From the NCBI GenBank assembly GCA_002633005.1, contig NMRA01000745.1, positions 64,158 to 128,157 on the forward strand: a stretch of DNA of 64,000 bases, read 5' to 3'. Shown piece by piece: positions 49,201 to 61,892 of the stretch. The DNA is from Phoronis australis (lineage: Eukaryota; Animalia; Phoronida). The position numbers and the translations under genes were made by a program. Position 1 is the stretch's first letter, and each line of letters begins with the position of its first letter. The notes under the pieces were generated by a model. That model saw only the letters and a program-made list of their open reading frames with translations, was not told the DNA's origin and made no database searches.

Positions 49201-52200
49201 AAATAGAGGGGGCTCGAATTTATCGGTACAGGTGTATGTGGTCTTTTCACTGTAAAAGGAACACGAGGACTATAAAAACCCGGTACTGGGTCCAGACCAA
49301 TGGATCATGCAATCGCGCCGAATTCCTGTGGACTTTGTCTCGTTTTTTTCGGACTTTTTCGTTCTCTGGGGCGGACCTTTTTCCCCACTTCATCGAATGG
49401 GGGACTCGTTCGAGCCCCTCTAGTCTCCTCTGGGTGCGCGCATGTAGGCATAATTACATGTACTTGGTTCATGTATGCTATATCAGTGTGAATTTTACCT
49501 AATGCAGAGCTCCACTTCATCTTGGTCGGAGTCTTACTGTACCAAAACTGTGGGTAGTTGGAAACTCTGTTCTCCCAGTCACAAACACCTTCACCATCTA
49601 TTACTGCGACCCATCCTGTGTCTGTGTCACAGCTCTCGTACGCGGTACTGATGAAAAATCGGCGGTGGGTAGTATGTCCCCTAATCATATCAAAACACAT
49701 AATTGTTTATTTATTATTTATTTATTTATTTATTTATTATGATATTTAAAATGAGGATGTTCTCTTCATTAATAGCACTGCTTTCCAAGAGGGCCCTCAA
49801 CAACAAATAGCAGTATAATAATACAATGAAGTAATAAAACAACGATTTAACATACGTACATGTAACAAAGGTACAATTAAAACAGGTTGAGAATTAGGAC
49901 AATAACTAAATGACAAAGATTGGCGAAAATTTAACTATGAGAGATCAAATTAAAAAAAAGAGATGACTCTTAACAGTGAGACTATTTACGACCACGAAAA
50001 AATGACATGATTAAGATAAGTAGGGTATAAAAGATTAGGTAAATTACAGCCACAGTGTGCTCTTTAAAATTAATATCCTCACTCAGTAGGTAGTGTAAAG
50101 GTCAGCTTATTTGTATAGATAAAGATTTTCAGCGTAAACCTGGTCTCTTGGCGAACTGGTCTTGTCTATCTTTTCACAGCGTACAGCATGTTTTGGTTCT
50201 GTGGAATTGTGATTTGTTTAGGGATGCATTTGACATTTTTCGAGTATTGCGACACACGGTAGCCCAACAGCCAAAGTGATTCAACTTAATAAAGACAATT
50301 AGTGATATTAATGCGTTTATTGTCACTTTTAACAACAGATTATGAGCTAATATCACCGCTGCTTGTTGCCGGTGTTTCTCGAAACAAGACAGGACAACAA
50401 CTTGAGGCTGCTGTCACACGATCATCTGATATTCAAATGTGGCTCTTGAACATTTGGTACATGTACACTGTAGTTGTCTAAACCAATGTATACACACTGC
50501 ATCTTTTCGTATACGAATTCTCTTATGCTAAAATTGATGTATGTAGACAAATGTTCCACATAGAATTTTGCTGGTGGTGTGATTCATACCCAGGTGTGCG
50601 CAAATATTAGTACTCAACTTATGAGCCGAGTTCACGAGGTGAAATTGAGAAGTTTCAAATCATTTTAAAACAAACTCCAGAGACAGGTTAACTGCCGCAA
50701 AGTAGCCAGAATGCATGGAAATTGTACTATTTGGCTACAAAAACAAAAAATTCTCTTACAGAGATTTTCCCCGCCCAGGTTGACGCTACAAGGTTCGGAT
50801 TCGTCCGAATCCAGACACCCCTTCCCCGAAAACTTAGATCCGCCACTGAATACACCTGTAGTGTGCGTGCTGTGATACGCCGTAATATATAATAAGTTTG
50901 TAAAATGTGCTATTGTTACATTTTACGAAACCTACGTCATATTGCAAGGAAATTAACCGAAATCACGAACAAGTGGTATCTGACACGACCAGGGACTACT
51001 GGAGTATTTTTGTGCGAGCGGTGATGCCCGAAAAATTTGAATACGTACCTGTGGGCTCGGACAAAAAAGTGAACCCTTTGGGGACAAATTTGTGTAGAAA
51101 ATCAGTTTCGCACAGTTTAGTTCCAGGAATTCAGGAACGTCACCTTTTAGATATAATTTTTTAGAAAATCGCACCATTTTGGAGAGTGTTTTTTCTATGA
51201 AAAAACACCCTTTTGGGCTGAACTTTTCGTATACATCTTGTATGGAAAGCCTTCCTGGCTAACACGACATGAAATTGGATTATCATTTTTATTAGTATTA
51301 CATTACTAGTACTACTGCTATTATTATTACTTCTATCACTATTGTTACTCGTCATCGTTTTCGTTATCCTTATTATTATCATCAATATTTTTAAATTGAT
51401 TTAACGAGGACACAATACATAATTAGCAAACTGCTAATACATCATGGTCCTCAAAGATTTTAAAACCGTCTCATTTATGGTTTAATGTTTTCATCGGGCT
51501 TTCCATAGTGGACAGCGAGTGCTGTTCCAAAGGATTTTAAAGGGGTTCCCATGTTCAACCTCAACGATATTGTGAGGAACGTCTTGACAACTGTGGATGC
51601 AAAGTACGCCTACTTCTTGGAAACGAGGAGGATGAGATTTAAAATCTTGTTTAGACGTGCACCAACTTCAAAAATTGATTATTTCTGGCCTATCGGCAAG
51701 CCCTGTATTGTGTGTAAATATAACAGTACTATATACATGTACATCTGTAGTTTGCCAAGAACTTAATTCAGACTATTTTACTCGTGACTTTCATCTAAAC
51801 GTGAGGATACCCACCGTGTAACCATTTTATCTCGTGTTGGAAACATTCCGTGTTAAAGATCTGGGGATTGTTACACGATTATGTTTAAGTTGGACTCTGG
51901 ATGCAGACATTTTTCGAGAACTGACGATTCGTCGGCTGCGGTCCCTGGGACATCAAAATTGCTGGTAATGGACATACAAAACGCGCAATAATTTTCTGTG
52001 GAACGGGGCCCAATACTCTTAGAAAAACACAGTGATGTAACAGAGTGATTTGAACTAGGTTTCGTTGAAAGTGGATTCTATGGAACAAAAACCGCCAACT
52101 TCAAAGTCAATGATGTTTAACATGAACATTTTATACAATGTATAAAAGCGTAAATATACCAGAATCGTTTATGTGCGAGCTGCAACACAAAAATGGCGCA

Positions 52201-55200
52201 TCATGAGACACGTGACTTCACGACCATTAGTAATACAATGTCAAACCTTGTCATTATTTATAAGTATTTCGAACTAACGAACACTGACCAAATACTAATT
52301 TCATTTCATATTTTATTTTAAAAGATAATTGAAAGAGAAAGTGCAGGTTTTTATATTCCGAAAGGTCGACAGTCAGCTTTTTGGACTATTGCCCCTTGCA
52401 AAATATCCATGTCCTTTCAGAGCGCAAAATATGTTCTATTTCCCCCAGCTAGACATCTCATTTTTACATGTACAGGTCACGGTTTGACCTGTTGTTACCA
52501 CCACTATTTCAGACATGTTTGACGTCATAGGGACAATGATATTTCTTTCAGCTTTTAAGCTGAATAAAATACGTTACTATGCCGCCACTTTTTTAAACTA
52601 TTGGCTTGCCCTTCTCAAAGGCGAAATTTTGCTGTTGTTTTGGGAAAATCTCTCAACCAGCCGGCAAACAAATGCGTGATTCTACTTCCGTTCACCACAA
52701 TGTCTCTACGAAATTGTCATTCGTAACTAAGGTGGTAGACAGAACCTGTCTGCATCAGAAACATTGGTTTTGCTCCTTTAGTGTGGAGCAGGTCAATTAT
52801 AAGGCAATAAAACACTGGTCGAAATAAACCAAACTATCGTTTTTTCAATGAAATTGGCTTCCAAAATTTAATTCTCCATGAAAAAATTTGTTACTGTCGT
52901 TCGTTTCCAAAGAAATACGAAACTGCACGGTGTGCATTTCTGACTATATCATGAAACTACTCATGTTAAAAAACATGTAAAGCACATAGAGATACTTCTA
53001 AAAGTTCGACCTGGCACATTTGGTAACATTTCATTCACACAATCCGAGAAGGAAGGCGTCAAGTGTGTGAACGGTTTTCTAACGTGTGACAAATATCATA
53101 CAAACACATGCAATATGACGTTGCTTTCGTAAAATGTAATAATGGTACATTTCTCACATGTGCATTCGACGTAAATTGTAACAATTACATACTGTAACAA
53201 CTTGTTTTATTTTAGGAGAGGCCTTGCAACATAAAATGTAACAATTTCGTGAAATGTAACAGTTGTTACATTTTACGAAATTGTTACATTTCGTATTGTG
53301 ACAATTTTCATCAATAATACTTACAATTCTAAAATTTTGAAGTTGCTGACGTCGATCAAGTCAATAAAAGAAGAGTTGATAAGTCTACCTTGGCTGAACC
53401 AGTCTAGTTTGGTAGAAGATTTTCCTTCGAATTCCATAGTGAAAACTTCGCGCCCTTCTTTGAAGAAGGCGAATTTTACCTGCAATAGTAGGATTTATCA
53501 TCACCGCATTGTATGGGTCATTATCTATTCTTACCAGCAAAATCAAAAGCGCACAAATCGTACATGTAACTTTGTTGACTAGCTTCCTCAAAATAAATTA
53601 AACAAATAACGATTCTTATATGTATCACCGTGGAAATAATTCCGAAAGTTGTGTTAACCGGCTGTCATTCACCATAGCTCTCGGTCTATTGTCGCCGTAA
53701 TCACGAGCGAAAAACAATACCGTGGCTAACGTTAAAGTGACTAACATCACCAATAAGATAAATATCCGGTGTCTCAAAAACTGAGCCACTATTTGACAAG
53801 GAATTTCTCAGCAATTGACTTGATTCTACAGTTGGTTTACAAGATACAGCTATGGGCACAAAACCAAACTAAACTGCCGCAAGGAGGCGTTAAAGTAGAT
53901 GATGTCGTCATCGGCAATTGTCTTCATCACACTGAGAACACAGTGGTCAAAGTAGTCAAAGTCGTTGAAAAATCATCGTCAACCGTTCTCTTTAGCGAAA
54001 AACATACATGCAAATTTTTACAATCATCCTTAGAGCGGTTTGGTTGGTAGAGGGTCGGACATCACAAAACAGACTCGAAAACAGTAAAAATAGCCTCTAG
54101 GTCGCGCGAAATACCTCGAATCCATTCGAAAACGGGTGAATAGCGTCATCTCACCAATGGATGCGTCTATGCAAATTTTACGAAAATTTGTTAAAAACCT
54201 TGAAAAATACAGAGCTAAGGGTAAATTATTGCCACTGGGGTGCACACCGGTAGAGGGATCATTCCGAATGTTCGCCTATGATGTCCCATCCATGAAAGGA
54301 ACACGTGCAAAATTCCTTGGGCATATGTCATAGGGTTTTGGAGCAGCGGACGCCGGACAGACGCCGGACGGACGCCTGACAAACGTGGATGACGGCATAA
54401 TGCAACCACATATCATTATGTGTGCGCACAAAATCACCGAAATGATCGTGTTTATGGGAAACAAAAACAGATTTTTCCAAAAGCAATGATTTCCGCTAGA
54501 GTATCCAGTGAAGGAAAAACAAATATTCATTTTATTGACACCGATGGAGCCAAAGTTAACAGTGAGTCAACGATACATGCAATGATTCAATGAAAACCTT
54601 CTACCGGATACCATGTGACTTTATTCAGGAAACGATTACGTGTTTCCGTAAGATGGGGCTCCTTCACACCAGAGCAAGATAACCAAGGCTGATCTGGTGG
54701 AGGCCACACCAAAACTCATGAAAAAAATTGTGGCCTCCGCTCAATTCTGATTGCAATCCAATGGACTATGCCATATGGGACTCACCGAGGAGAAAGTTTA
54801 CCGGGTAGTGAGAGACAACTTGATTTAGCAGGAGATAAAAGACACAGTAAATTAGTCATGAGAGGAAATCTTGATGGCAGCATTTCTGATTTGGTAGTAG
54901 AAGAAAATGGAGGCCACATTGAGAGTAGGCTGAAATCAACAAGCTTCTGTTCGATATTTTAACTTTTACCTGATGCATATGACAGTGCTCAGACAATTTC
55001 AAGCAGATCTCTGTCATATTTTGCACATTCGTAGATGATATTCGAAGTTTTTTTAGGTATTAAACTTAAACATAATTCAATATATCCGTTACGATGCGAT
55101 TTGCTTTTATTTAGTTGTCATAGTAGTCAACCATCAAGTTGGATATCAGCCTGGTTTGAATTGCTCGTGCATACGATTTTATGGTATTCCTGATTGCATG

Positions 55201-57286
55201 TGTGAACATTTTTGAGAACGACGCGAGAAACGAAATGTGTCCGTGAGAACTGAATGCTTTGTCAATGAAAACTCCTTTAGGAAGGAGGAATTTATCTTGT
55301 CTTCACAGTTCTGTTTTCGTATGGCGATAATTCAGTCCAAAAACTGACATTGATGGATGTTGGCACCCCGTTCATGTACTTCGCCTCGATGCATAATTTT
55401 GCTTATACTCATAATTTTGCTTATACGCATAAATTTGCTTATTCGAACGTCATGTCCTCCAAGCCCACCATTTTACTCCATCACATCTTAAAAACTAACG
55501 TCATCCGACTTTGCAAGCCCTATTTGTTAATCATAGAACAGTTGCACCTGGTCCATCTCAAAAGGAACATGATGCTTGTATACAATAGAAAGGCCCGAAA
55601 ATCGTGTCATTACGTAAAAAAGCTGTTGTTAGTCAAAAGGTTCCGAACAGTTTGACCATGACAGGGCTAGCCAAAAGAGCAACGAGTGTTGTAAGTGGTC
55701 CCTGCCACACATTTATGAACTCGATAACAAAAGTCGATCACGTGCTAGCACATCAATTTAAACTACTCTTCATCAACGTCGTATATTAAATGGACTTGAC
55801 AGAGTATTTCAAGGATCTACGAGTTGGAAGGAGTTATGACGATCATATTGTTCAGTGTCAAGCGCAACATTTGTTTTATGTGTAGCAAGCAGCAAACATG
55901 GTTGTGTGTCAAATGTGTGATTACTTTGTTGCGAATGGAAGGTTGAAGAAATATTTGGCGAACGGAGGAAATGGTGTCACCAGACAGTGTAAAGGCTTAG
56001 AAGACGCTAAGTTTTGTGCACGTGCTTTTTTCCCGTCCACTATACATGTAAGACGTACCTGATACACGCCAAACTTGTCCCAGTTCTCCACAAGATGGCT
56101 CTTGTAATGTTCTACTGACGGCACCATTTTGAATACTTCCGCCCCAGGCTGAGCTGTGAATGTTGACCCCGCCCAGAGGTTATACACACTTTTGTTGTTT
56201 GCGCTGCTTACTTTAAATGCAAGTTTCCAGGTGTCTATAAAAGAACATACTCACAAACATTCGGAATTCAAAAAAATCAAATTTTCTACAGATTTTCCGT
56301 AATTTGAAACTATGAATTTTAAAAATACCACGTCGTCGTCAAAATTTTCTTTAAACTAATTTGTACAGAAATTAAAATTTTTCGAATTACAGCTGCTTAT
56401 TAGGTTTGTCTTTGTCTTTGAACGACACCCCGCTAATATTTCTAAATTTAAGAGTACGTAGGGGTCTACTAGAAAAGTTTTAATTCTGACCAATTTCGAA
56501 GCAGTGGCTGGTTTGACTTGAATGTAATGAACACACTCGGCCGCACTCCAAAACTCTGTTTTGAATTGTTTCTAAAACGTTTCTTTTCACGAGGGGCTAT
56601 GAAATATTGGTCTTAAATGACTCAAATGTTGCATTAAAAAAACCGAATATTTTCAAAATGTGTATCAACATTTCTGAGATTTCATCTGAACGTTTAATAT
56701 GTGAAAGACAAGTGTTACTGATATCGTTGTTTTGCTCTGCATTTACATTTTTATTTGGCTAACTTTTACTAAAATCTCACAATAAAATGGATGAAGTCAA
56801 ATTTCAAATTGTATTGGTTTGCTCATTTTAGATGATACGTTTACCGAGTTCAATTTAAACGTTTTGTGAATATTTCTTTAACAAACTTAACGATAAGGTT
56901 TCACAAAGTCATAACAATGGGTTACGTAGGGTGCTCATTTTTACTTTCGGAAAAAACTAATTACCTGTGCGGGCGAATATGCGCCAACTGGTGTCTACCG
57001 TCTGGTACGTCGCTAACCACTTGTAACTACTTATTTCACAAGCTTGGTTCTTTCCACTGTAACCCAAGAAGGAGCAACGCCGTAACAAGCATAGAGACGC
57101 ACACCACATCTGGGAAGGAATGCAGCTGTATGCACCATCCAGGAAACTCGGGAGGATTCTGTGACCAATGTAGGATAATTCCTGGGACAGTAGCACATCA
57201 CGTTTCTGTTGTTTGGACACTGCTATGACACAGGACAGGCATAATGCGACGACAAGAGAGTGCCTTCTGTAACCTGGCATATTCAT
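46287..57286 (-). CDS. Secreted protein with a PAN/apple-like domain followed by an unassigned ~190-aa Trp/Cys-containing domain, ~298 aa
   Basis: Exons (minus): 57286-56965 (signal SLVVALCLSCVIA; CASLCLLRRCSFLGYSGKNQACEIS), 56234-56059 (WKLAFK..VYNLW..HYKSHLVENW), 53479-53325 (VKFAFFKEGREV..DWFSQGRLINSS), 49680-49499 or its duplicate 48194-48013 (RRFFI..YESCD.DTGW..CDWE..PQFWYS), 46348-46287 (ADAMAIFV..*). The model is 897 nt in frame using one exon-4 copy. AATAAA on minus at 46120-46115. Confidence 0.8.
47697..47963 (+). repeat. MITE family B copy (duplicate at 49177-49444)
   Basis: CGCACCCTGCCTAAAATAGAGGGGCTCGAATTT...CTGGGTGCGCGCATG. Confidence 0.7.
48215..48770 (-). mobile_element. Possible decayed 3' end of an L2/CR1-group LINE (duplicate at ~49705-50255)
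   Basis: Minus strand GAGGGCCCTCTTGGAAAGCAGTGC..GAGAACACCCTC stem followed by a (TAAA)n tail. No intact ORF. Confidence 0.35.
55371..55445. repeat. 18-bp tandem repeat x3
   Basis: CATAATTTTGCTTATAC(T/G) units at ~55392-55445. Confidence 0.7.
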
Positions 57287-59679
57287 TACTGCGGCAACTT
57301 TACCAAACACAGCTAAATGCATTGTGCGATGAACACGTATCCGGCACTGTCAGTTATACTGAAGAAATCAATGCATGAATATCTGTGATCGCCTGGCAAA
57401 TACTTTGCATAGCGTTGGTGCACGTCATCGTGCATTCTCCAAATGGGACACCATGGAACTTTCATGAAAACTGTTTACAGAAATTGTGCGTTACTTCGTT
57501 GGGAGTAAAAAGAGCAAAGTGAACCACTTCCACGGACCCCACCAAAGCGAAGTGAAAACTGCAAAGTTCGACAGGAAACTGCTGACAAAAAGAAGTGTAA
57601 CAAGTTGGTGTGTTTGTTAGGGTTGTAATGTGGAAATCTTGAGCACATGTCCTCAGAATTCCTAAGTACAGTTATGACCGAATATAGTTAACGTTAGGGG
57701 TTTCTAAGGAGGACCTACTGCAGGGTAACTAGGTTATGCTGCACAATAGTTTGATCAAACTATTCCAGTAAGCGAAAGTCTTGTAAGTTAGACGAGGTTT
57801 ACAGTACGTCGTCCTGTTGTTTTGATGTCTATTGCTCTAAACTCAATGAAAGAGCACTGCTGATAACAATGTTAAGTCGATTTAAAACGGTTGTTGTTTT
57901 CTAATATTTTTGGCATGAAATCAATAAATTGACAATGGAGTTATGAAGAAATGATGAGTGAAAATATAACGCAGCGCTTGCTTTTGTAGTTTTGTCAGGA
58001 TCTCTGATTTTTCGACGCTTTTCTGTTGAAAGATGCTATCGAGAACGCAACGATAAGCGACCGGAAACGCAAATTTGTGTTTGTTTTTGCGACCGTGAAC
58101 GCATCGTGGTGTGTCGAACAGTAATGAACTTTTAAACGTGAAAAAGGTTACACAATAAGTGTGGTGCAATGAATTAATTTGCACTCTATCTACATCATGC
58201 ATAACTTTAGTTTCACACACGGTTTTATTTTCATTTCAAGAAACTAGTTTACTGTTAGTGTGATGCGAGCTTCAACGAACATGTTACCCACGACGTGAAG
58301 GTACACCCTACCAAGGTTTTAAAATACAGAGATCTACTTTTAGACGAAACCACTGAAAACAAGAGGTTCTAAACTGAAGAGTCACCCAGGACGTATTCCA
58401 TGTGGCGTGTCAGGCACGGGTAAACAAATTGTTGCAGCAGACAAAGCGAGTGTAGAATCTTCTTGTAAAATTGTGACAGCAAAAGGAAGAAAAATAGCCA
58501 ATGAAGTCAAATGATGATGTTGAGCTTGCCCGTGGTAAGATAGAGGAGTGCGGCAACACTAAAAATTGGGAAGAAGTTGTGTAAACTGGTGTGCTGATAA
58601 AATCGGTGGGATTTTCCTTATGATGTTTTACTGATAACATCGATACAGGGATGAACAGATTGAATTGTGGCACCCGTATGGCTTGAATGTACAGTGTGTT
58701 TGACTCTTCTGTTTTGTAGTCTGGGTCCTAACTTCACTTGCATCACCAGTTTATGATCTCCAGTTTATTGTGACAGTGAAAAAGGTCAAGACATGTATAA
58801 TACACGTACTAAATTGTGATTTTCTCAAAATGTAGCCAACATGTTGTTACTAACGTCACTTCAACTACACACTGTAGTGATTTTCACAGGAAATCAACAA
58901 CAATGTTATAGCACTTCTATTATAATATTAATCTTTTATCAAACAAATCTCAAAATTAGACATACAAAAACAATATTGCTTCAGGGAAATCAACAATACA
59001 ATTCCATTGAACATTTCCCACGAATTAATTAAACTAAATCTCCAGTCGCGGAAAGACTTTAACCGTGAGCTAAAAAATAACGTGCACGTAATTATTTATT
59101 TGAATTAGCCACGAAACTGAAAATCTACTTACATGTATTTGACGGGGACTGCGAAGTCGGGTTCCCCTTCTACAGACAGTCAGGGAAAAGCTTGTACAGT
59201 AACAATGCTTTGAATAATGCATTTGTATTTCTAAATAAATATTCCCCTAAAATGTAACCATAGCGTATAAAATCGAGTAATTGTTTCACAACTGCTTTCT
59301 GTCAGCAAACACTGACTTAGCATGCGCTCACACGGCCTCGATGCCCGGTCAGTTACCTTGTTGCCGGCATCTAAAGCCGGTAACGCAGTGGTTTATTCAT
59401 TGCTGGCTTCTCAACACTTTCACTTAGGAATACTGCAAAGACATTGCAGATTGTATCTAATAAGACAAACTTTGTTTCAGTTTCATATAAGCATTGGCTA
59501 GCATGAGAATAATTCATTTTGAAACAGAACGCAGAATAATAAACGTCTACATGGCAACTCGCCCGGTGCCAGTCCCGACGTAGTCAAGAGCTAATCCGAC
59601 GAAGACTTTACGGTTAGGATCTTTAGGTTCCACAGGCTATCAGTTCTAACCGGAATACACTGATCAGTAAATCATCGAG

Positions 59680-59952
59680 AGGCGCCGTGAACATGCAGAG
59701 GAAACAGAACGAGTGGATAATTCTTTGGTAAGTTGGAATTCGTCAAAGAAATCACTGTCAACGCAATTTCGGCCACAGACACGGAGATGTTTCACGGCCT
59801 CATACATGTACTTGCTCTTAACAGCGTATTTTTCATTCTTCATACCACGAGCAACTTCCTCTCGAGGAAGTCGAAAAACGATATACCCGTTTTTTTCGCA
59901 GCTTCATATATGTATTTCGGACAAACGGGAACGATGCACCGCAATATAGCGG
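59680..59952 (-). pseudogene. Degraded THAP-domain relic of a DNA transposon, interrupted by the LINE
   Basis: Minus-strand frames give RCIVPVCPKY..KTGISFF and KHLRVCGRNCVDSDF..EL..RRL, resembling the THAP C-x4-C...FP...W...C..HF pattern with substitutions and frameshifts. Confidence 0.4.
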
Positions 59953-60864
59953 TTTGATAAAATTGCTGTACCAACTGTGTGCTACGGCGAGGAAATCTGG
60001 GGACTCAAAGAATACGAATGGCTTGAAAATGTTTATGTTAAATTCTGTAAAATTGCTCTTGGAGTTGGAAACTCTTGCTCAAACGCAGCTGTATTGGATG
60101 AATGTGGAATTTATGCAAAGTATTATGTCACGTGTGTAAAATATTGGCTAAAGTTATTGAAAATGCCACCTACTAGATACGCTAAAGCGGCTTATGACAT
60201 GTTAGTTGATTTAGATAGGCATGGAAGAAATAGTTGGGTATCTTCTGTTAGACAATTGCTATCAAAATACGGTTTTTATGAAATTTGGTTGAATCAAGGT
60301 GTCTCGTGACAAGTCTCGTTTTTAAGTTTCTTCGCGCAAAGAGTTAATGACTGTTATGAACAAGGTTGGCGATCAGAAATTGAGCTCAATGCAAAACTTA
60401 AATTCTACTGTAACTTTAAGACTCTGTACTGTTTTGAACCATATCTTAAGTTACCGCTACACAATAGCCTTATTCCAGCGTTTACTCGTTTACTTTGCTC
60501 CAACCACAGACTACAAGGGGAAGTGGGTAGACACGAGACAGTGGATTATTACAATAGATTATGTATGGCTTGCAATGATGGTCTTGTAGAGGATGAGTAC
60601 CATTTCGTGTTGGTTTGCAAGGGATATTGTGAACTTAGGTCACGTTTTATGAAGGAAGTTCAATGGAGGCATCCAACTCAAGAATCCTGTATACTCCTGC
60701 TCGCTAATCCAGATATATCTGATATTAAATATGTGTATTTTTCCCTTAAAAGACGAGAACAACTCTTAAATGGGTTGACTGCTTGTGCAAATGTGCCTGT
60801 TTAATTGTTTTGTTTATTGTACTTTGGTCCAGAGGCCTTCAATACAAATAAACGTATTATTATG
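59953..60864 (+). mobile_element. 5'-truncated non-LTR retrotransposon 3' end (RTE-X-like)
   Basis: Post-RT sequence FDKIAVPTVCYGEEIWG..KFCKIALGV..VKYWLKLL..YEIWLNQGV and a C-terminal Zn finger RLCMACN..EDEYHFVLVCKGY, with stop/frameshift damage. AATAAA plus a (TAT)n tail. The 9-bp TSD ATATAGCGG is at 59944-59952 and 60865-60873. Confidence 0.85.
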
Positions 60865-61461
60865 ATATAGCGGCATTCACTCTGCAGACGAACCACTGAC
60901 GTCGCTGCGTCGTTTCTCACCTTCCTCACATGTTATCACCACACCTCTCGGCAAAGTGAGGTCGATTGTATTAGAGGCGATGTGGATATAGACCGATTAA
61001 GACGGTAAATATATTAATTAAATCGGGTGGCATTCTCCTTCAAAAACATTTAAGCTAACCAATTCATTTAACTGTTGTAATATACCACGGCATTTAAAGC
61101 ATAGAAACGGCGCACAACTGGTGACTGATTCAACACGAGAAAGACACACATGTGCGGTCTGAAAATAGTGAAATTCAGATACCTATTACCAAGCCTGCCT
61201 GAAGGGCTGACAATTTTTCTTGTACTAATTTCAAGGGTATGGAGCAGGCCCGTAGCCAGCATTGCGTGGGGGGTGGTTCAAATTCAAGAACGGTGGACCT
61301 TTGATATTTTCCAAACGTCGACACTAGAGTTTTTTAAAGGCAATGGGCGCAGCTTAATTAAGGGGAAGGGAAATCGGTATACACCAAAATGACTCTCAGA
61401 TCTATGTTCCGGAGATGAGACGGAATTCGTAATACCAGAAATGCGGGTGTCGTGACGGTTG

Positions 61462-61686
61462 CATGCGCTCACCCAGCCTGAATAATGGGGAGCTTGAATT
61501 TTTGAGAGCTATGATGACTTGTGCATTCACCGAATTTTAGCAGTTCCTGCCTTTTTAGCAGACCTTTGTCTCGCTTTCAACTACTTTTCGGAGTTTTTGT
61601 TTCTCCGAGGCGGACTATCTTGCTAACTTCTCCAAAAAGGAGCGGGGCTTGTTCGAAGCCGCCGAGCTCACCTGGGTGCTCGCATG
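61462..61686 (+). repeat. MITE family B copy
   Basis: TIRs CATGCGCTCACCCAG / CTGGGTGCTCGCATG plus the shared core. Confidence 0.7.
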
Positions 61687-61892
61687 CAGTTGCTCCCAAG
61701 AAGAACGGGACTCAAATCCGAGACAATGTTGTTTTTGCGTTGCTTCCTGCAAAACTTTCAAATCAGGTGTAGTTGAATGAGATGTTACACCTCATTACAT
61801 ACTCGGAAGGAAACATAAAATCACAGAATGATTTGAAATTTTTTATCTAGTTATGGTTTTGCGTGTTGCTTAAGTTGCCAACATCGCTGGAA

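Larger units (their letters stand above)
47297..50255. repeat. ~1.48-kb tandem duplication joined at a single N, containing exon 4 of the PAN-like gene
   Basis: 47297-48770 versus 48772-50255, N at 48771. The first ~950 bp differ by scattered SNPs and indels; the last ~500 bp look identical. Confidence 0.9.

Noticed and set aside
51285-51700. Degenerate (TAT)n tract with a possible L2-type 3' end on minus
   Set aside because: Only a short stem and an ILWNS fragment; too decayed to call.
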